From assembly GCA_951406725.2 (NCBI GenBank), contig OX597820.1, forward strand, positions 15,872,001-15,936,000: a DNA stretch of 64,000 nucleotides. Direction: 5' to 3'. The stretch is from Octopus vulgaris. Taxonomy: Eukaryota. Of the stretch, positions 13,470 to 27,601 are shown piece after piece; position 1 is the first letter of the stretch; every line of letters begins with the position of its first letter. A program made the position numbers and the translations under genes. The notes beneath the pieces are model-generated. The model had not been told where the DNA came from. It saw only the letters and a list, made by a program, of their open reading frames with translations, and ran no database searches.

Positions 13470-14412
13470 CGGCGAGCTAGCAGAATCGTAAGCACGCCGG
13501 GCGAAATGCTTAGCGGTATTTCGTCTGCCGTTACGTTCTGAGTTCAAATTCCGCCGAGGTCGACTTTGCCTTTCATCCTTTCGGGGTCCATAAATTAAGT
13601 ACCAGTTACGCACTAGGGTCGATGTAATCGACTTAATCTGCTTGTCTGTCTTTGTTTGTCCCTTCTGTGTTTAGCCCCTTGTGGGTAGTAAAGAAATAGG
13701 CATTTCGTCCGTCCCCACGTTCTAAGTTCAAATTCCGCCGAAGTTGACTTTGCCTTTAAGCACCAATTGAAAACTAGGGTCGATGTAATCAACTCACCAC
13801 CTTCCTCAAACTTGTTGGCCTTGCGCAAAAATTTGAAATTAATATATTCTGTCTACTTAACGTCAGGCTGGACGAAATGCTTAACGGCATTTCGTCCGGC
13901 CTTACGTTTTGAGTTCAAATTCCGCCGAGGTCGACTTTGCCTTTCATTCTTTCGGTGTCGATAAAATAAGTTCCAGTTTCGCACTGGGGTCGATGTAATC
14001 GATTATCCCCCTCCCCGATATTGCTTGCTTTGTGCCAAAATTTCAAATCAATATTTTTTTTATTACTGTAGGCACAAAGCCTGAAACTTTAGGGGCGGAG
14101 GCTAGTTGATTACATCGACCCCAGTACTCAACAGGTATTTATTTATTTCAACCCCGGATGGATGGAAAGCAAAGTCGACCCTGACGGAATTTGAATTCAA
14201 AACGCAAAGCCGGAAGAGATTCCGTCAAGCCCTTTTTACAGCGTGCTGACATTTCTGCCTCCCTATTAATATGTTAATATATAAAGGCAGCGAGTCGGCA
14301 GAATCGCTACTGGGGTCGATGTAATCGATTTATATCTTACCCTAAAATTACTGGCCTTGTGCTAAAATTTGAAACGAATATATCAAGGTGGCGAGCTGGC
14401 AGAATCGTTAGG
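13470..14412. mobile_element. cluster of SINE family A copies in both orientations
   Basis: Repeated family A cores with two alternative tails. Confidence 0.8.
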
Positions 14413-15033
14413 ACGATGTGTATCATGCTCTGAATCCCTGAGTCCTTAAGAATATACTCAAGGCATCTCTTTCTGTAATATGGATGGCCAATTCAAAGGC
14501 TTGGGTCACTGCCATTATTTTTGAAGAATGATTTTTCAGTCATTTTGTTCCTGAAGCAGAAAAGTACTGTAAGGCTAAACGGATTCCTTTTAAAGTTTTG
14601 CGTGTCTTAGATAACGCTCCTGGCCACCCGAAAAGCAACCCAATGCTACCGTTATCTTCCTCCCTCCTAACACTACCTCGGACCAGGACCAAGGGATAAT
14701 TGCCAATGGACAAGGAGGGGTAATTGCCACCTTTAAGCGCTATTATACGAAGCGTACATTACGCCAAGCAATATCTGCAAATGACATCGACGAAAAGCAT
14801 CACAGTCCGTGAGTTTTGGGAAGGTCACATCTACAAAGCCATAGTGAACGTAGCAGCTGTGTGAAATGAGATGAAGGGCACGGCTATGAAGGATGTGTGG
14901 GAGGAGCTGTGCCCATAATTTGTCAATGACTTTAAGTGCTTTGACAATGTTGAAGTGAACAAGACCTTGGTGCAGTTGAAGCAATGAACTGGAAGAACAG
15001 GATTTTAATGAATTGTTTTGCGAAAGATAAACA

Positions 15034-15195
15034 GGCGCAGAAGTGGCTGTGTGGTAAGAAGCTTGCTTCTCAATCATATAGTTCCGGGTTCAGTCCCACT
15101 TCGTGGCACCTTGGGCAAGTATCTTCTACTATAACGTCGGGCCGACCAAACCCTTGTAAGTGGATTTGATAGACGGAAACTGAAAGAAGCCCGTC

Positions 15196-15259
<64 letters not shown>

Positions 15260-15592
15260 ATATGTATGTATGTATATATGTATGTATGTATATATGTATA
15301 TATGTATGTATGTATGTATATATGTATATATGTATATATGTATGTATGTATATATGTATGTATGTATATATATATATATATGTATGCATGTATGTATGTA
15401 TGTATGTATGTATGTAATTGTGTGTCTGTGTTTGTCCTCCTACCATCGCTTGACAACCGATGTTGGTGTGTTTACGTCCCTGTAAATTAGCAGTTTGGCA
15501 AAAGAGACCGATAGAATAAGTACTAGGCTTATTTATTCAACTAATGGCGGTACTCCAGCATGGCCGCAGTCAAATGACTGAAACAAGTAAAA
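15034..15592 (+). mobile_element. SINE family B with expanded internal microsatellite
   Basis: Inserted into the Tigger remnant. Confidence 0.85.
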
Positions 15593-15894
15593 GGGCCCCT
15601 GAGAAACGAAGAAGAAAAACCTGATCCCGAGCCTCTTCATTTTACGTCGAAGAAAATGCAAGAAGCTTTTTCTCATTTAGATAAATTTCTTGCTTTACTT
15701 GAGGAAGCGGATCCCAATGCACAACGTTTTGTAAAAATATTGGGGGAGGGGCTTGTCAAGATACTATTATTGTACCTTATTATCTAATCTTTGAAGAGAA
15801 GAAGAAAAAGACAACTCAAAGGACTTTAGACAAGTTTGCAAAGCGATCTTCGTCATTACAACAGGAGTCAGCTGACGATCCCCAACGATCGACA

Positions 15895-16130
15895 GGCGGT
15901 GAGCTGGCAGAAACGTTAGCGCGCTGGGGGCGAAATGCGTAGCCGTATTTCGTCTGCCGCTACGTTCTGAGTTCTAATTCCACCGAGGTCGACTTTGCCT
16001 TTCATCCTTTCGGGGTCGATAAATTAAGTACCAGTTTCGCACTGGGGTCGACATAATCGACTTAATCCGTTTGTCTGTCCTTGTTTGCCCCCTTTGTGTT
16101 TAGCCCCTTGTGGGTAGTAAAGAAATAGAA
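15895..16130 (+). mobile_element. SINE family A monomer
   Basis: Full head-core-tail copy. Similar copies at ~19505-19725, 22615-22848 (TSD TATTTTCAGTATGTTTC), 30090-30330, 32178-32400, 33270-33865, 36975-37190, 37730-37940 and 41957-42080. Confidence 0.85.
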
Positions 16131-16405
16131 ATAGATCTCCAACCATCGCCATCTAGTGTGTAATCTCCTCCTCCTCCTCCTCCTCCTCTTCCTTCTTCTT
16201 TTTCTTCTTCTTCTTCTTCTTCTTCTTCTTCTTCTTCTTCTCCTTCTCCTACTCCTACACCAGCCTCCTCCTACACCAGCCTCAACGAGTAACACCGACG
16301 TCAGTCATCAGATAGGCAACAGTACAGTATTCGAAATTATTTCTTTTTGATATAAAAGCAGTCTAGGCTTGCCTAACAATTTACCGAATTCGTCGGCTAC
16401 CATAT

Positions 16406-16797
16406 GGTGGATGGAAGCACTCCGTCGGTTACGACGATGAGGGTTCCGGTTGATCCGACCAACGGAACAGCCTGCTCGTGAAATTAACGTGTAAGTGGCT
16501 GAGCACTCCGCAGACACGTGTACCCTTAACGTAGTTCTCGGGGATATTTAGCGTGACACAGAGAGTGACAGGGCCGGTCCTTTGAAATACAGGTACAACA
16601 GAAACAGGAAGAAAGAGTGAGAGAAAGTTGTGGTGAAAGAGTACAGCAGGGATCACCACCATCCCCTGTCGGAGCCTCGTGGAGCTTTTAGGTGTTTTCG
16701 CTCAATAAACACTCACAACGCCCGGTCTGGGAATCGAAACCGCGATCCTACGATCGCGAGTCCGCTGCCCTAACCACTGGGCCATTGCGCCTCCACT
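16406..16797 (-). mobile_element. SINE family C
   Basis: Full length with 15-bp TSD TCGTCGGCTACCATA. Confidence 0.9.
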
Positions 16798-17052
16798 CGT
16801 CGGCTACCATAAACACAACCTGGAACCAATTAACGACGTACGGTGAGGTATGATTATATTAATGTATAAAGAAGACCAAACGAGATATCATTGATAACGC
16901 TTACTAACAAAGATCTAGTTGTCGAACCGTATAAAGGGATGATCAGATCAGGTGAGTAGCACAAAAGATTACTCTTCTTGGTTCTTAAGAAACAATCAGG
17001 GCAAGTAAAGGAGGGAGTACAAGGAGTAAGGATGGGGGCCAGAATGAGAAAT

Positions 17053-17095
<43 letters not shown>

Positions 17096-17248
17096 AGTAG
17101 AGAGGAATAAGACGGAAAGAAAATGGTGAGTATGTGCTTGAACGTTATAGAGTGAAGAGAGAGAGAGAGAGAAAACGCGAGATATACAGGGAATGAGAGG
17201 AAATAGGTTTTATGAAAGACACAGATAGAGCAATGGTATGAAGCATTA

Positions 17249-17643
17249 TCTCTCTCTATATATAAAGCTGAAGTTGTCTGTGTATGGCAGGTTTTGTAGC
17301 CTTCAACTAACACTATCTCCTTCGAGACCCTGCGGCGCAAGTTGGCCAAAATTGAGAGTATGATAGAAGAAGGCTTGCTCTTCATTCTGTACAAGAAAAA
17401 ATTAAAATCGGACCATGTTAAGACTAAAAATTATTTACATCAAAAAGGTGCTTTTTTTTCTATGCAAATCCCTTTTTTTTACGATTTTTTGACTGCCGTG
17501 TCGCCATTTTTCGGTGTATTTCAACCAGAAAATTGTTCACTTAAAGAGAATAACAAGCTACATAATGCAAAACTTTTACTTTTCAAAAATTCCAATTCTA
17601 AAGGGTCAAAACAAACCCGAGCAACGCCGGGCGATACTGCTAG
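17249..17643 (+). mobile_element. non-autonomous Helitron, family 1
   Basis: 5' TC, subterminal hairpin CCCGAGCAACGCCGGG, 3' CTAG, inserted between A and T. Second copy at 46815. Confidence 0.85.
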
Positions 17644-17715
17644 TGTAGATCTATAGATAAGTAGGTAGTTAGATAGATAGACAAACAAATAGATCAATAA
17701 ATTGATAGGCAAAAG

Positions 17716-17802
<87 letters not shown>

Positions 17803-17951
17803 TGATAGAAATGGTAAGACAACAAAAGAATGAAAGAGACCTCAATATTATGTAAATAGAGGAATTTATCTGTAAATATAATATGTGACAATTATTCGGT
17901 AGTCATGATAAAACTCCGAGTCTGTTTTTGTTTGTTTTTTTTCGATGGCCC

Positions 17952-18012
17952 GATAACTGAAGAGATGGCGGCGTGGTTTTCCGGCACGACTTCTGAAACT
18001 CGGAGTTTTATC
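17952..18012 (+). ncRNA. type-I hammerhead ribozyme
   Basis: GATAA-CTGAAGA-(imperfect stem II)-GAA-ACTC-G-GAGT-T-TTATC. Stem I GATAA/TTATC, GUU triplet. Confidence 0.7.
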
Positions 18013-18034
18013 ATGGCTACCGAATAATTGTGAC

Positions 18035-18120
<86 letters not shown>

Positions 18121-18264
18121 CACACACATATATATGTTAGAAGTATTGGGGTTGATGTACAGATTTAATACACATGAAAGAAAGAGGTGTTCAGAATGCC
18201 GGATGGTTATAAAAATATATATTTATTTACATATCACAATATCACATATTATTTCTTCATATTA

Positions 18265-18289
18265 GAGCTTTCAACTACTCCTGTAGTTT

Positions 18290-18294
<5 letters not shown>
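18265..18294 (-). ncRNA. 5'-truncated hammerhead at the edge of a (TA)n tract
   Basis: TGATGA-AACTAC-agga-GTAGTT-GAA-AGCT-C. Perfect 6-bp stem II and palindromic stem III; C3 and the 5' strand of stem I are missing. Confidence 0.7.
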
Positions 18295-18335
<41 letters not shown>

Positions 18336-18355
18336 TGATAGCTGAGTAGGTAATC

Positions 18356-18434
<79 letters not shown>

Positions 18435-18698
18435 GTGAGTGAGAGAGAGAGAGAGAGAAGCAGAAAGAGGGATAAAGAGAGAGAGAGGAAGAGAGACTGT
18501 GGTTGGTTATAAGCATTTTAAAACCAGCTTGTAGCTTATATTTTATATTTATCTCGTGTCGTCTCCTCACATCCTCAGCTCACAATCTGAAAGCATATTT
18601 AAGAAAATTAAAGAGCAGAAGCAGAGAAAACATGCATGCGTAAGCGAAATTCCTTCAACATCGGATACAGTGTTGCACTAAACTGGAAGAAAAAAACA

Positions 18699-18729
<31 letters not shown>

Positions 18730-19082
18730 AAAACCCACCCAACTCCACCCCTACCCCACCCCCACCCTACCCTGAAGAAACTAAGCGGAACTACTTTAGA
18801 CTGGGTGTCACAATCAATCAACATTGTCTACATCAACCTGAGTCCAGGAGTGCATTGCATTTACTCAACTGAAAGCTCGGTTTACGCAAGTGGTATATCA
18901 AACACATATTATATTATATTATATTATATTATATTATATTATAACTGGCTGCTAGCTACTCTACTGTATTACACAGTGTATTTAATAAAGATGCAGAGAG
19001 AAAGAACGTCGTCGTGCACGATGGAAGGAGGATGGTAAAGAGATCGGGAGAGAAGAATATCCAGTCTTTATTATATATATTA

Positions 19083-19480
19083 CTAGCAGTATCGCCCGGC
19101 GTTGCTCGGGTTTGTAAGGGAAATAACTATATAAGCATTTTTAGAGATGTAAAGTATAATAGCCATCTCAATATGGCTAACCACAAAGGGGAGGGGGTGT
19201 TACTGTAGCTTTTTACGTTCTGAGATTTAATAATACATTTTTAGAGAGTTACTTCCCTTATATAATAGCAAAAAATGCATTAAAAATGGGAAAAAATTAT
19301 GGTAAATTTTTATTCAAATCGAAGACTCATCGTAGACGCGCGTTAATACCCAGAAGGGCTCGATATGAATCACGACTATAAGATATCCGCTTTTGGTTAC
19401 ACTGCACCGCAAAATGTGGGAGTAGTTAGGAATCTAAATCGTAGGAGACAGACACACAACTTCACTTTTATATATAAAGA
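19083..19480 (-). mobile_element. non-autonomous Helitron, family 2
   Basis: Same 3' hairpin and CTAG as family 1 but a different interior. Homologue at 29096. Confidence 0.85.
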
Positions 19481-20275
19481 TTATTATGGCTACACCAAAG
19501 GCTACTAGATGGCAGAATCGTTAGCACACCGAGCGAAATGTTTATGCTTAGCGGTATTTCGTCTGCTGCTACGTTCTGAGTTCAAATTCCGCCAAGGTCG
19601 ACTTTGCCTTTCATCCTTTCGGGGTCGATTAAATAAGTACCAGTTACGCACTGGGATCGATATAATTTGTCTGTCCTTGTTTTCCCCCTCTATATTTAGC
19701 CCCTTGTGGGCAGTAAAGAAATAAGAATGAAGGGAAGAAATATATTATTTACTGATTTGCAAAAAAAACTGATGAAAAATGGATTAAATAAATGAAGAAA
19801 AAAAAACAAAAGAAAAATGAATGAATTTATCTGAGACCCGATGTTTCATCTTTTAATTGTTGTTATTTAGTCCCTGTTTAGCTTTGATGAAACCGACTCG
19901 CTGGCATTGAAAGGTGGGTGTAGTGTGTATAGTGGACCACAGTTTATAACTGGTACTATTTTATCGAGCATGTTGAAGAACGCACGATTATGAATATTTC
20001 TTCATAATTCAACCCCAGAACATTGAAATAATAAGCTTCACATCTTTCTTTCTTATTTCCTTTCTTTCTTTCATTCTTTTCTTCTGTCTTTCATGCTTTC
20101 GCTTTTTCTTTCTTGTTTCCTTTCTGTGTATCTTTTTCTTTCCTTCTGGCTTTCTTTCCTTTTTTCCTTTCCCGCTTTCTCTCTCTCCTTCTCCCCACAC
20201 TCCTCACACTCCATCTCCCTTTTTCTCCCCTCCCCTCTCCCACCATTACTTTTTCCTCTCTGTCTCACCATTCTA

Positions 20276-20841
20276 CAGGGTGTTCAAAAGGTCTCTCAGC
20301 GGTAAGTATTTTATTGGAAAATAAATATTTATAAGATGGTATAAAACTACAAAAGAATATATTACGACTTTACAAGACTTTAAAAAACTTTATAAGAAGT
20401 ATGAAAGTGTCGGCCTTCATTCTCAATACATAAGTTGACTCTTCTACCCATGTTTTGAAATACATCTTGGAGAGTCTGATGCGATATGGACCGTGTGAAG
20501 GTTATCATTGCGTCTTTTAGCTCATTAATGGTTTTTGGGCAATTCTTGTACACTGATCCTTTACTTGCTCCCCACAAAAAAAAGTCTGGCGGTGTTAAAT
20601 CAGGGGATCTTGGTGGCCAAAGTCCCTTCGGAATAATCCGTTCACTGAAAACTTCTTGAAGCAGTGCCATGGTGATGTGCGAAGTATGTTCAGTAGCTCC
20701 ATCTTGCTGAAAGTATGCATTATTACTTTCACTTTTAGTGAGTTGGCCTACAAAGGGATAGATAAATATTTGAGCAATATCTCTCGGTGTTGATGGTGTT
20801 TTCCAAAAATATCACTGCGGAGAGACCTTTTGAACATCCTG
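20276..20841 (-). mobile_element. internally deleted Tc1/mariner-superfamily element (rosa/maT-like)
   Basis: TIRs CAGGGTGTTCAAAAGGTCTCTC / GAGAGACCTTTTGAACATCCTG with TA TSDs; FQQDGAT...WPPRSPDLTPPDFFLWG. Confidence 0.9.
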
Positions 20842-20879
20842 TAGTATGCTACTCCTAGCTTCCAAACATTTTTCTTCAC

Positions 20880-21140
20880 GACTCATATTTGACTCAAGTT
20901 CCTAGTTACTCCCGCCCTCACATCTCTTAGGTCAGACATCATCAGCTGACCATTCTACAAATTAGTCTTCGATCGTCTACTTCCCATTTTCTCAGTAAAT
21001 ATCCATCCAGTTGCAACCTTTGAAATCCTGTTATTTGACATTCTTAGAGCTTGTCAGAGGCATTGCCATTTATACTTTATGATCTCTAATGAGATGTAAT
21101 GACTAGTTCTCTGGTATAACACTAACGTATCGAGAGTATT
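20880..21140 (-). pseudogene. RTE-clade LINE C-terminal remnant
   Basis: LYQRT..ISLEIIKYKWQCL*QALRMSNNRISKVATGW...RRSKT resembles the RTE W.GH.LRM...R.PK motif. Confidence 0.5.
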
Positions 21141-21384
21141 TTGTTAACTACAGAACTCAAGACTTCTACATGGCCTAACGTGTGTGATAGACGTAACCCA
21201 TCGTCTGGTACAGTACCGTACCCTTACACCTTGACTGCCTTTAAAGGGAACCATTCTGTTTAATGGAAACCATTCAGACCAGGGCTGTGGTTCGAGAATA
21301 TCTCCCTTATTATGACCCAAGTCTCTGAGGCTCTGTAAAGGATCGTGGGTACTGCTTCGTCCCTTGACTAAAAATAACAATAAT

Positions 21385-21783
21385 AAACTTTTCTACTGGA
21401 AGCACAAGGCCTCATATTTGGGGGGAGTGATTAAGTCGATTACATCGACTCCAATGCGTGACAGGTACTAATTTTATCGACCCCGAAAGGATGAAGGCAT
21501 AGTCAACCTCGGCAAAATTTGAACTCAGAACGTAGAGGCAGACGAAATACCTATTTCTTTACTACCCACAAGGGGCTAAACACAGAGGGAATAAACAAGG
21601 ACAGACAAATGGATTAAGTCGATTATATCGACCCCAGTGCGTAACTGGTAGTTAATTTATCGACCCCGAAAGGATGAAAGGCAAAGTCGACCTCAGCAAA
21701 ATTTGAACTCAGAACGTAGCGGCAGACGAAATATCGCTAATCATTTCGCCCGGCGTGCTAACGTTTCTGCCAGCTCGCCGCCT
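21385..21783 (-). mobile_element. SINE family A dimer
   Basis: Two units with the same junction as the other multimers. Confidence 0.8.
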
Positions 21784-21939
21784 TAGAAGAAATGATGATG
21801 ATGATGATGATGATCTGAGATTATCCAGGTATTTAATAGACAACAAACCATGGCTTCCGACAGTTATTTTGCAAGGCGGGACAAAAAAGCTTACAGGATC
21901 CAGTGTGAGAGTGTTCTCCCAAATATTCCAGAAGGCTGT

Positions 21940-22010
<71 letters not shown>

Positions 22011-23402
22011 GGGAGAAACTGAGAAAGAAGAAGAAAGAGAGCTAGTAACTTGTGAAGAATATGGCAAGAAGTTCAATGTCTTTAAAAGAATTCATTAAGC
22101 TGATCCTAAACCGGGAATTAAAAACTCTTGTCGTTGCACTAACGAATACATAAAATATATTTCATTAACAAACTTTGTAACACAATCTAAATACAAAATC
22201 CGGTGTTTTTAAGTACTGCACTAATTAAGAAACTGGGATATATAATTCGCCCAGAGAAATTCGTTGTTGGAAAATTAGAATACTTACACCCTTTTGGACT
22301 GTTATTTGACTTAGATAGGAATCGAAGAATTACACGGAGTCTTAAATCATCAGAAACAGTTCAGTTAGTCAAAGGTAACATGAGCTGGATTAGCATTGGT
22401 TTCAAGGTTTGGCTTAAGGTCAGCGATTTCTGGAAGGAGAGGTGAGTCGATTACATCGACCCCAGCGCTTAACTGGTATTTATTTTCCGAACCCGAAAGA
22501 ATGAAAGGCAAAATCGAACTAGCGGATGAAATGCCGCCCAACATTTTCCCCGGTGCGGTAACGATTCTGCAATATCCCGGCCTCGACTTGGATTGATATT
22601 TTCAGTATGTTTCGTATTTTTTTTATTGCCCACAAAAGGGGCTAAACATAGAGGGACAAACAAGGACAGACAAACAGATTAAGTCGATTACATCGACCCA
22701 GGTGCGTAACTGGTACTTTATTTATCGACCCCAAAAGGATGAAAGGCAAAGTCGACCTCTGCGGAATTCGAACTCAGAACGTAACGGCAGACGAAATACT
22801 GCTAAGCATTTCGCCCGGCGTGCTAAGTTTCTGCCAGCTCGCCGCCTTATTTTCAGTATGTTTCTGTAATAGCTGTATGGTTAAGAAGCTCGTTTCGCAA
22901 CCATGTGGTTTCAGGTTCAGTCCCACTGTGCGGCGACTTGAACAAGTATCCTCTGCTATAGCCCCGGGACGACCGATGCCTTATGAGTGAATTTGGTTGA
23001 CTGAAGCTATGTTGAAACCCGGTGTTTTTAACACTATACATCTATAAGAGATACCTTCTCAAGACGAATCCCGCAATTTAGAAGGATCTGAACATATATT
23101 CTCTTTAAGTATGTATACTGATTGCTACTATATATATAGCAATTTTAGAAGCAAGACATTTAAAAAAAAAAAAAAGAATTCTGTTTTTAAATGTCTTACT
23201 CCGAAAATTGCATTCGGTTCGATATGTTTATTTATTTTAGTAGTTTTGACTTTGAGTCCCTCCTAGTGTGTGGCATTTATGCGTAATAATGCCCTCTATA
23301 TGATATAAATAAATATATTTAAGTGAAAAAATTGATGGATTTTTTCTCTTATGAGGTTTTTCACGTTAACTACTTGATAAATTCTGATGAAGATTTTATT
23401 CT

Positions 23403-23465
<63 letters not shown>

Positions 23466-23585
23466 ACCCCCCACCACCACCACCACCACCAAAAAAAACG
23501 AAAAACAAACACAAGAAAAAACCACAACGCGAGTACGTGGTACATGCAAAGTATTAGCAGACGCTCAGGGAAGGAAAGAAAGGTG

Positions 23586-23620
23586 GTTTAACGTTTCGAG
23601 CAAAGCTATTCGTCAGAAAC
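23586..23620 (-). ncRNA. minimal type-I hammerhead
   Basis: GTTT-CTGACGA-a-tAGC-ttt-GCTc-GAAAC-GTT-AAAC. Stem I GTTT/AAAC, palindromic ACGT stem III. Confidence 0.7.
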
Positions 23621-24072
23621 AGGAGTCGGTGGAAAAAAATCGCCAACGATCCACACTCACACACACACAATCGATACGGAATGTGTCGAACATGGCAGGA
23701 TCTGAACTCAGAACATTAAGGAGATCCAAAAATATATCGCAAGCCATCAGCATTTACCACAGATAGATCAAAAAATGGCGTTGACATCTCTCTCCTTCTC
23801 TTTCTTAGACTGTTTGACACTGTCTTTGTCCGCTTTTCCCTGTTTCTATCTGTTTCTCTTCCTATCTCTCACCCCCTCTCTCATTCTCATTGTTATTATC
23901 TCTCTTTCATTGTCTCATTGTCTCTCTCTCATTCTCAGCCTGTTTGTCTCTTTTTGTCTCTCTTTCTGACTCTCCCTTTTTGCAAATCTCCCTCTCTCTC
24001 TCTCTTTGTGTGTATATCTGTCTATATCCCGGTCTGTTTCACTCTTTCTCTTTCTCTATGTCTCTCTCCGTT

Positions 24073-24145
<73 letters not shown>

Positions 24146-24315
24146 GACTCAAGAAAACGGACATATACATCCAAAATTCATATTTACCTAATTCGTTCCA
24201 TCACCTAAGAATGTGTGTGGAGAAAGGTAGAGAGAAAGGAGGGATTGTGTGTGTGCGTGTGTGTGAGAGAGCGAGAGAAAGAAAGAAAGAGAGAAAGAAT
24301 GAGAGAGAGAAAGAG

Positions 24316-24370
<55 letters not shown>

Positions 24371-24940
24371 GAATAGAGAAAAAAGGAGAGTGAGAGAGAG
24401 ATTGCAGATGTGAGAATCAGGGACAAATAGAAAGGAAGAGAGAAAAAAAAAGAGAAAGAGAACGTGTATGTACACACGTGTTTGTGTGTTTGTGTGTATA
24501 TGTATATGAGTGCGTGTGTGTGTGTGTGTGTGTGCGCGCGCGAGCACGCGCGTACACTGCAAAAAAACTGTTGCTTTTGGATCACGGTGACTCAGACATT
24601 TCGCCCCAAGCCGGACGGACACCATCCACCATTCCGCAACAGCATTCGTTTATTGCTCATCCTGTTTCCAGAACTCTGACCCCCGCGAAGAATTGGTTAA
24701 CATGTAAGATGAATAAATAAAATAAAATAAAATAAAATAAAATAAAATAAAATAAATAAATAAATTAGCCGTCATTAGCTGTTATTTCCTTTTTTTTTAA
24801 TTTCTTTTTATTATTAGTACAATTCTTTCCACGTCTGAGTCTGTCTTCCTCGCTTACAACATCCTCTCCCAGTTTCTCCCCTGTCTGAATGCGTGCCTCT
24901 CTCTGTTTCCCTCTCTTTCTTTCTCTCACTCTTTCTCTCT

Positions 24941-25013
<73 letters not shown>

Positions 25014-27158
25014 CAGATACAGAGAGAGAGAGAGAGAAAGAGAGTGAGAGATAAAAGATAAAAGGTATATTTTAAAAAAATTCTTTTACTTGTTTCAGTC
25101 ATTTGACTGCGGCCATGCTGGAGCACCACTTTTAGTCAAGCAAATCGACCCCAGGACTTATTCTTTGTAAGCCTAGTACTTATTCTACCAGTCTCTTTTG
25201 CCGAACCGCTAAGTTAACAGGGATGTAAACACACCAGCATTGGTTGCCAAGCAATTTTAGGGGAACAAACAGATGAACAAACACATGCATATACATATAT
25301 ACATATATACGACGGGCTTCTTTCAGTTTCCATCTACTAAATCCACTCACAAGATGAGTTTATAGTAAAAGACACTTTCCCAAGATGCTATGCAGTGGAA
25401 CTGAACCAGGAACCATGTGGTTGGGAAGCAAGCTTCTTACCCACACAGCCACTTCTTTTCTTTTATCTTTTACTTGTTCCAGTCATTAGACTGCGGCCAT
25501 GCTGGGGCACTTCCTTGAAGAATATTTAATTGAACGAATCAACCCAAGAACCATTTTTTATTTTTGAGACTGGTACTTATTCTGTCGATCTCTTAGGCTG
25601 AACTGCTAAGTTACGGGAACGTAAACAAACCAACACCGGTTGTCAAGCGGTATTGAGGGACAAACACACAACCACAAAGACGCGCGCGTTCACGCACATA
25701 CACAGATATATACATACACACTCACACCATATGTAACGATAAACGTCGCCCTTTTCAAGCCTAGCAAGGCTCATGGGCCCGGTTTCCTGGTTTCTGTGGC
25801 GTATGTGTTCCCCCAAGATGGACAAGACACCAGTCCATCGCAGCGTTACTCAAAAAACAGGAAGAGAGAGAGAGTGAGAGAAAGTTGGGGTAAAAGAGTA
25901 CTACATGGATCGCCACCACCCCCTGCCGGAGCCTCGTGGAGCTTTTAGGTGTTTTCGCTCAATAAACACACACGACGCCCGGTCTGGGAATCAAAACCGC
26001 GATCCTCCGAAGGCTTTCCTATCCGCGGATAGGAAAGCCTTCTTTTTTCTATCGAGGGCTTATATGCCCCTTTATCAGACTATTTTGCTTAATCATTGCA
26101 CGGTGATCCCCATAAGCTTTAATCTTGTATAAAAATACCATTATTATTATTTACAGGATTCTAAAAACGGCGCCGTATGAAAAGATCATTCGCACCGAAA
26201 TATGTATTTATATACGACGGGCTTCTTTTCGGTTTCTGTCTACTAAATCTACTGACGAGGCTTATAAAAAGAAACTTATCCAAAGGGCTACGAATTAGGA
26301 CTGCACCCGGAACCCTCTGGCTGCGAATCAATTTTTTTCCCACAGCCACTCATATATAAGACGCACACACACAAGCACACCCACACCTACACACACACAC
26401 TCATGTATAAAGCATGCCATTATTATATATATATAGTACATATGTACTTATGTGTGTGTGCGTGCGTGCGCGTGTTTGAACGTGGGTGTGTAGGATGCCT
26501 TGATGTACGCATATATACTATCTGCTTATATATTCTGTATATATATATATATACACGTATATACTCTCTGCATCTCATATCACGTAGCACAATGGGAACC
26601 AATTAGGAAGCCTCCACGTGACCACTTGATCAGCTGGAAATAACAGCCGAATCTCTACCCTCCACTCCTTTAAAACAGGAACAGGCGATGTAGCTGGTGA
26701 CACACAATGTCAAAAATATGATAGGAATGTCACGGCTCGAGTACCTTTTCACTATAGGTCTATGCACTCTGAGTTGACCTCTGACTAAACCACAACATCA
26801 TCAGCATGAATAGACACAACTGTCCATTGCATCATTTGAATCTTGTTAAATTTTGATGTAATTACGACGAAAACTACATTTACCTTTTCTAGAAATTGGT
26901 AATAAAAAAAAGTTACAAGCATTTAAAGTTATGTAGTTTTAGCCAATCGAAAACCTCCTTTGGTGGCATCTGCTGATCTCCACACACATACCTTTAATTC
27001 TTTATCTCGGCAGCCACAGCTTGCTTCCCAACCACACGGTTTCGGGTTCAGTCCCACTGCGTGGCACCTTGGGCGAGTGTCTTCTACTATAACCTCGGGC
27101 CGACCAATGTCTTGTGAATGGATTGAATAGACGGAAATTGAAAGAAGCTCGTCGTATA

Positions 27159-27198
<40 letters not shown>

Positions 27199-27421
27199 TC
27201 AAATGCGTTTATTTTTCAGTATTTATTTTTTTCTAGCAATAGCCGGTTCTTTTGGTCAAACTCTCGTCTCTCCAGCGGCTCCAGATGCCAAGATATGAAA
27301 ATTGTCAGTGTTGTACAATGGTTTTGATATGGAATGGTGAAACTATTTTTCCGTTTTCTGAAAAAAGCAAGGTTTTGGACTTACGACACTTTGCATAATA
27401 GCAACGATATCTATCTATCTA

Positions 27422-27517
<96 letters not shown>

Positions 27518-27601
27518 GGTCCCGGGTTGATTCGGGGTTAACCACAGTAAATAAGGTACTCAATACATAGCAGAGTAAAATTAATTTATTATATAGAAGG
27601 A

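Larger units (their letters stand above)
14415..16857 (+). mobile_element. decayed Tigger/pogo DNA transposon, interrupted by three SINEs
   Basis: WMANSKAWVTAIIFEE...FKVLRVLDNAPGHP, IFLPPNTTS, DQGIIA, FKRYY; C-terminal EADPNAQRF...EEKKKKTTQRTLDKF; TIR-like end near 16850. Confidence 0.8.

Noticed and set aside
16062-16350. Poly-Arg (protamine-like) and poly-Leu ORFs
   Set aside because: Translations of a (CTT/CCT)n repeat.
22060-22300. Possible PLE GIY-YIG remnant (EKFVVGKLEYLHPFGL)
   Set aside because: A single short motif, insufficient without a profile search.
26250-26282. CTGACGA...GAAAC hammerhead-like motif
   Set aside because: It lies in a degenerate SINE B copy (CCACTCACAAGGCTT) and the stems do not pair.
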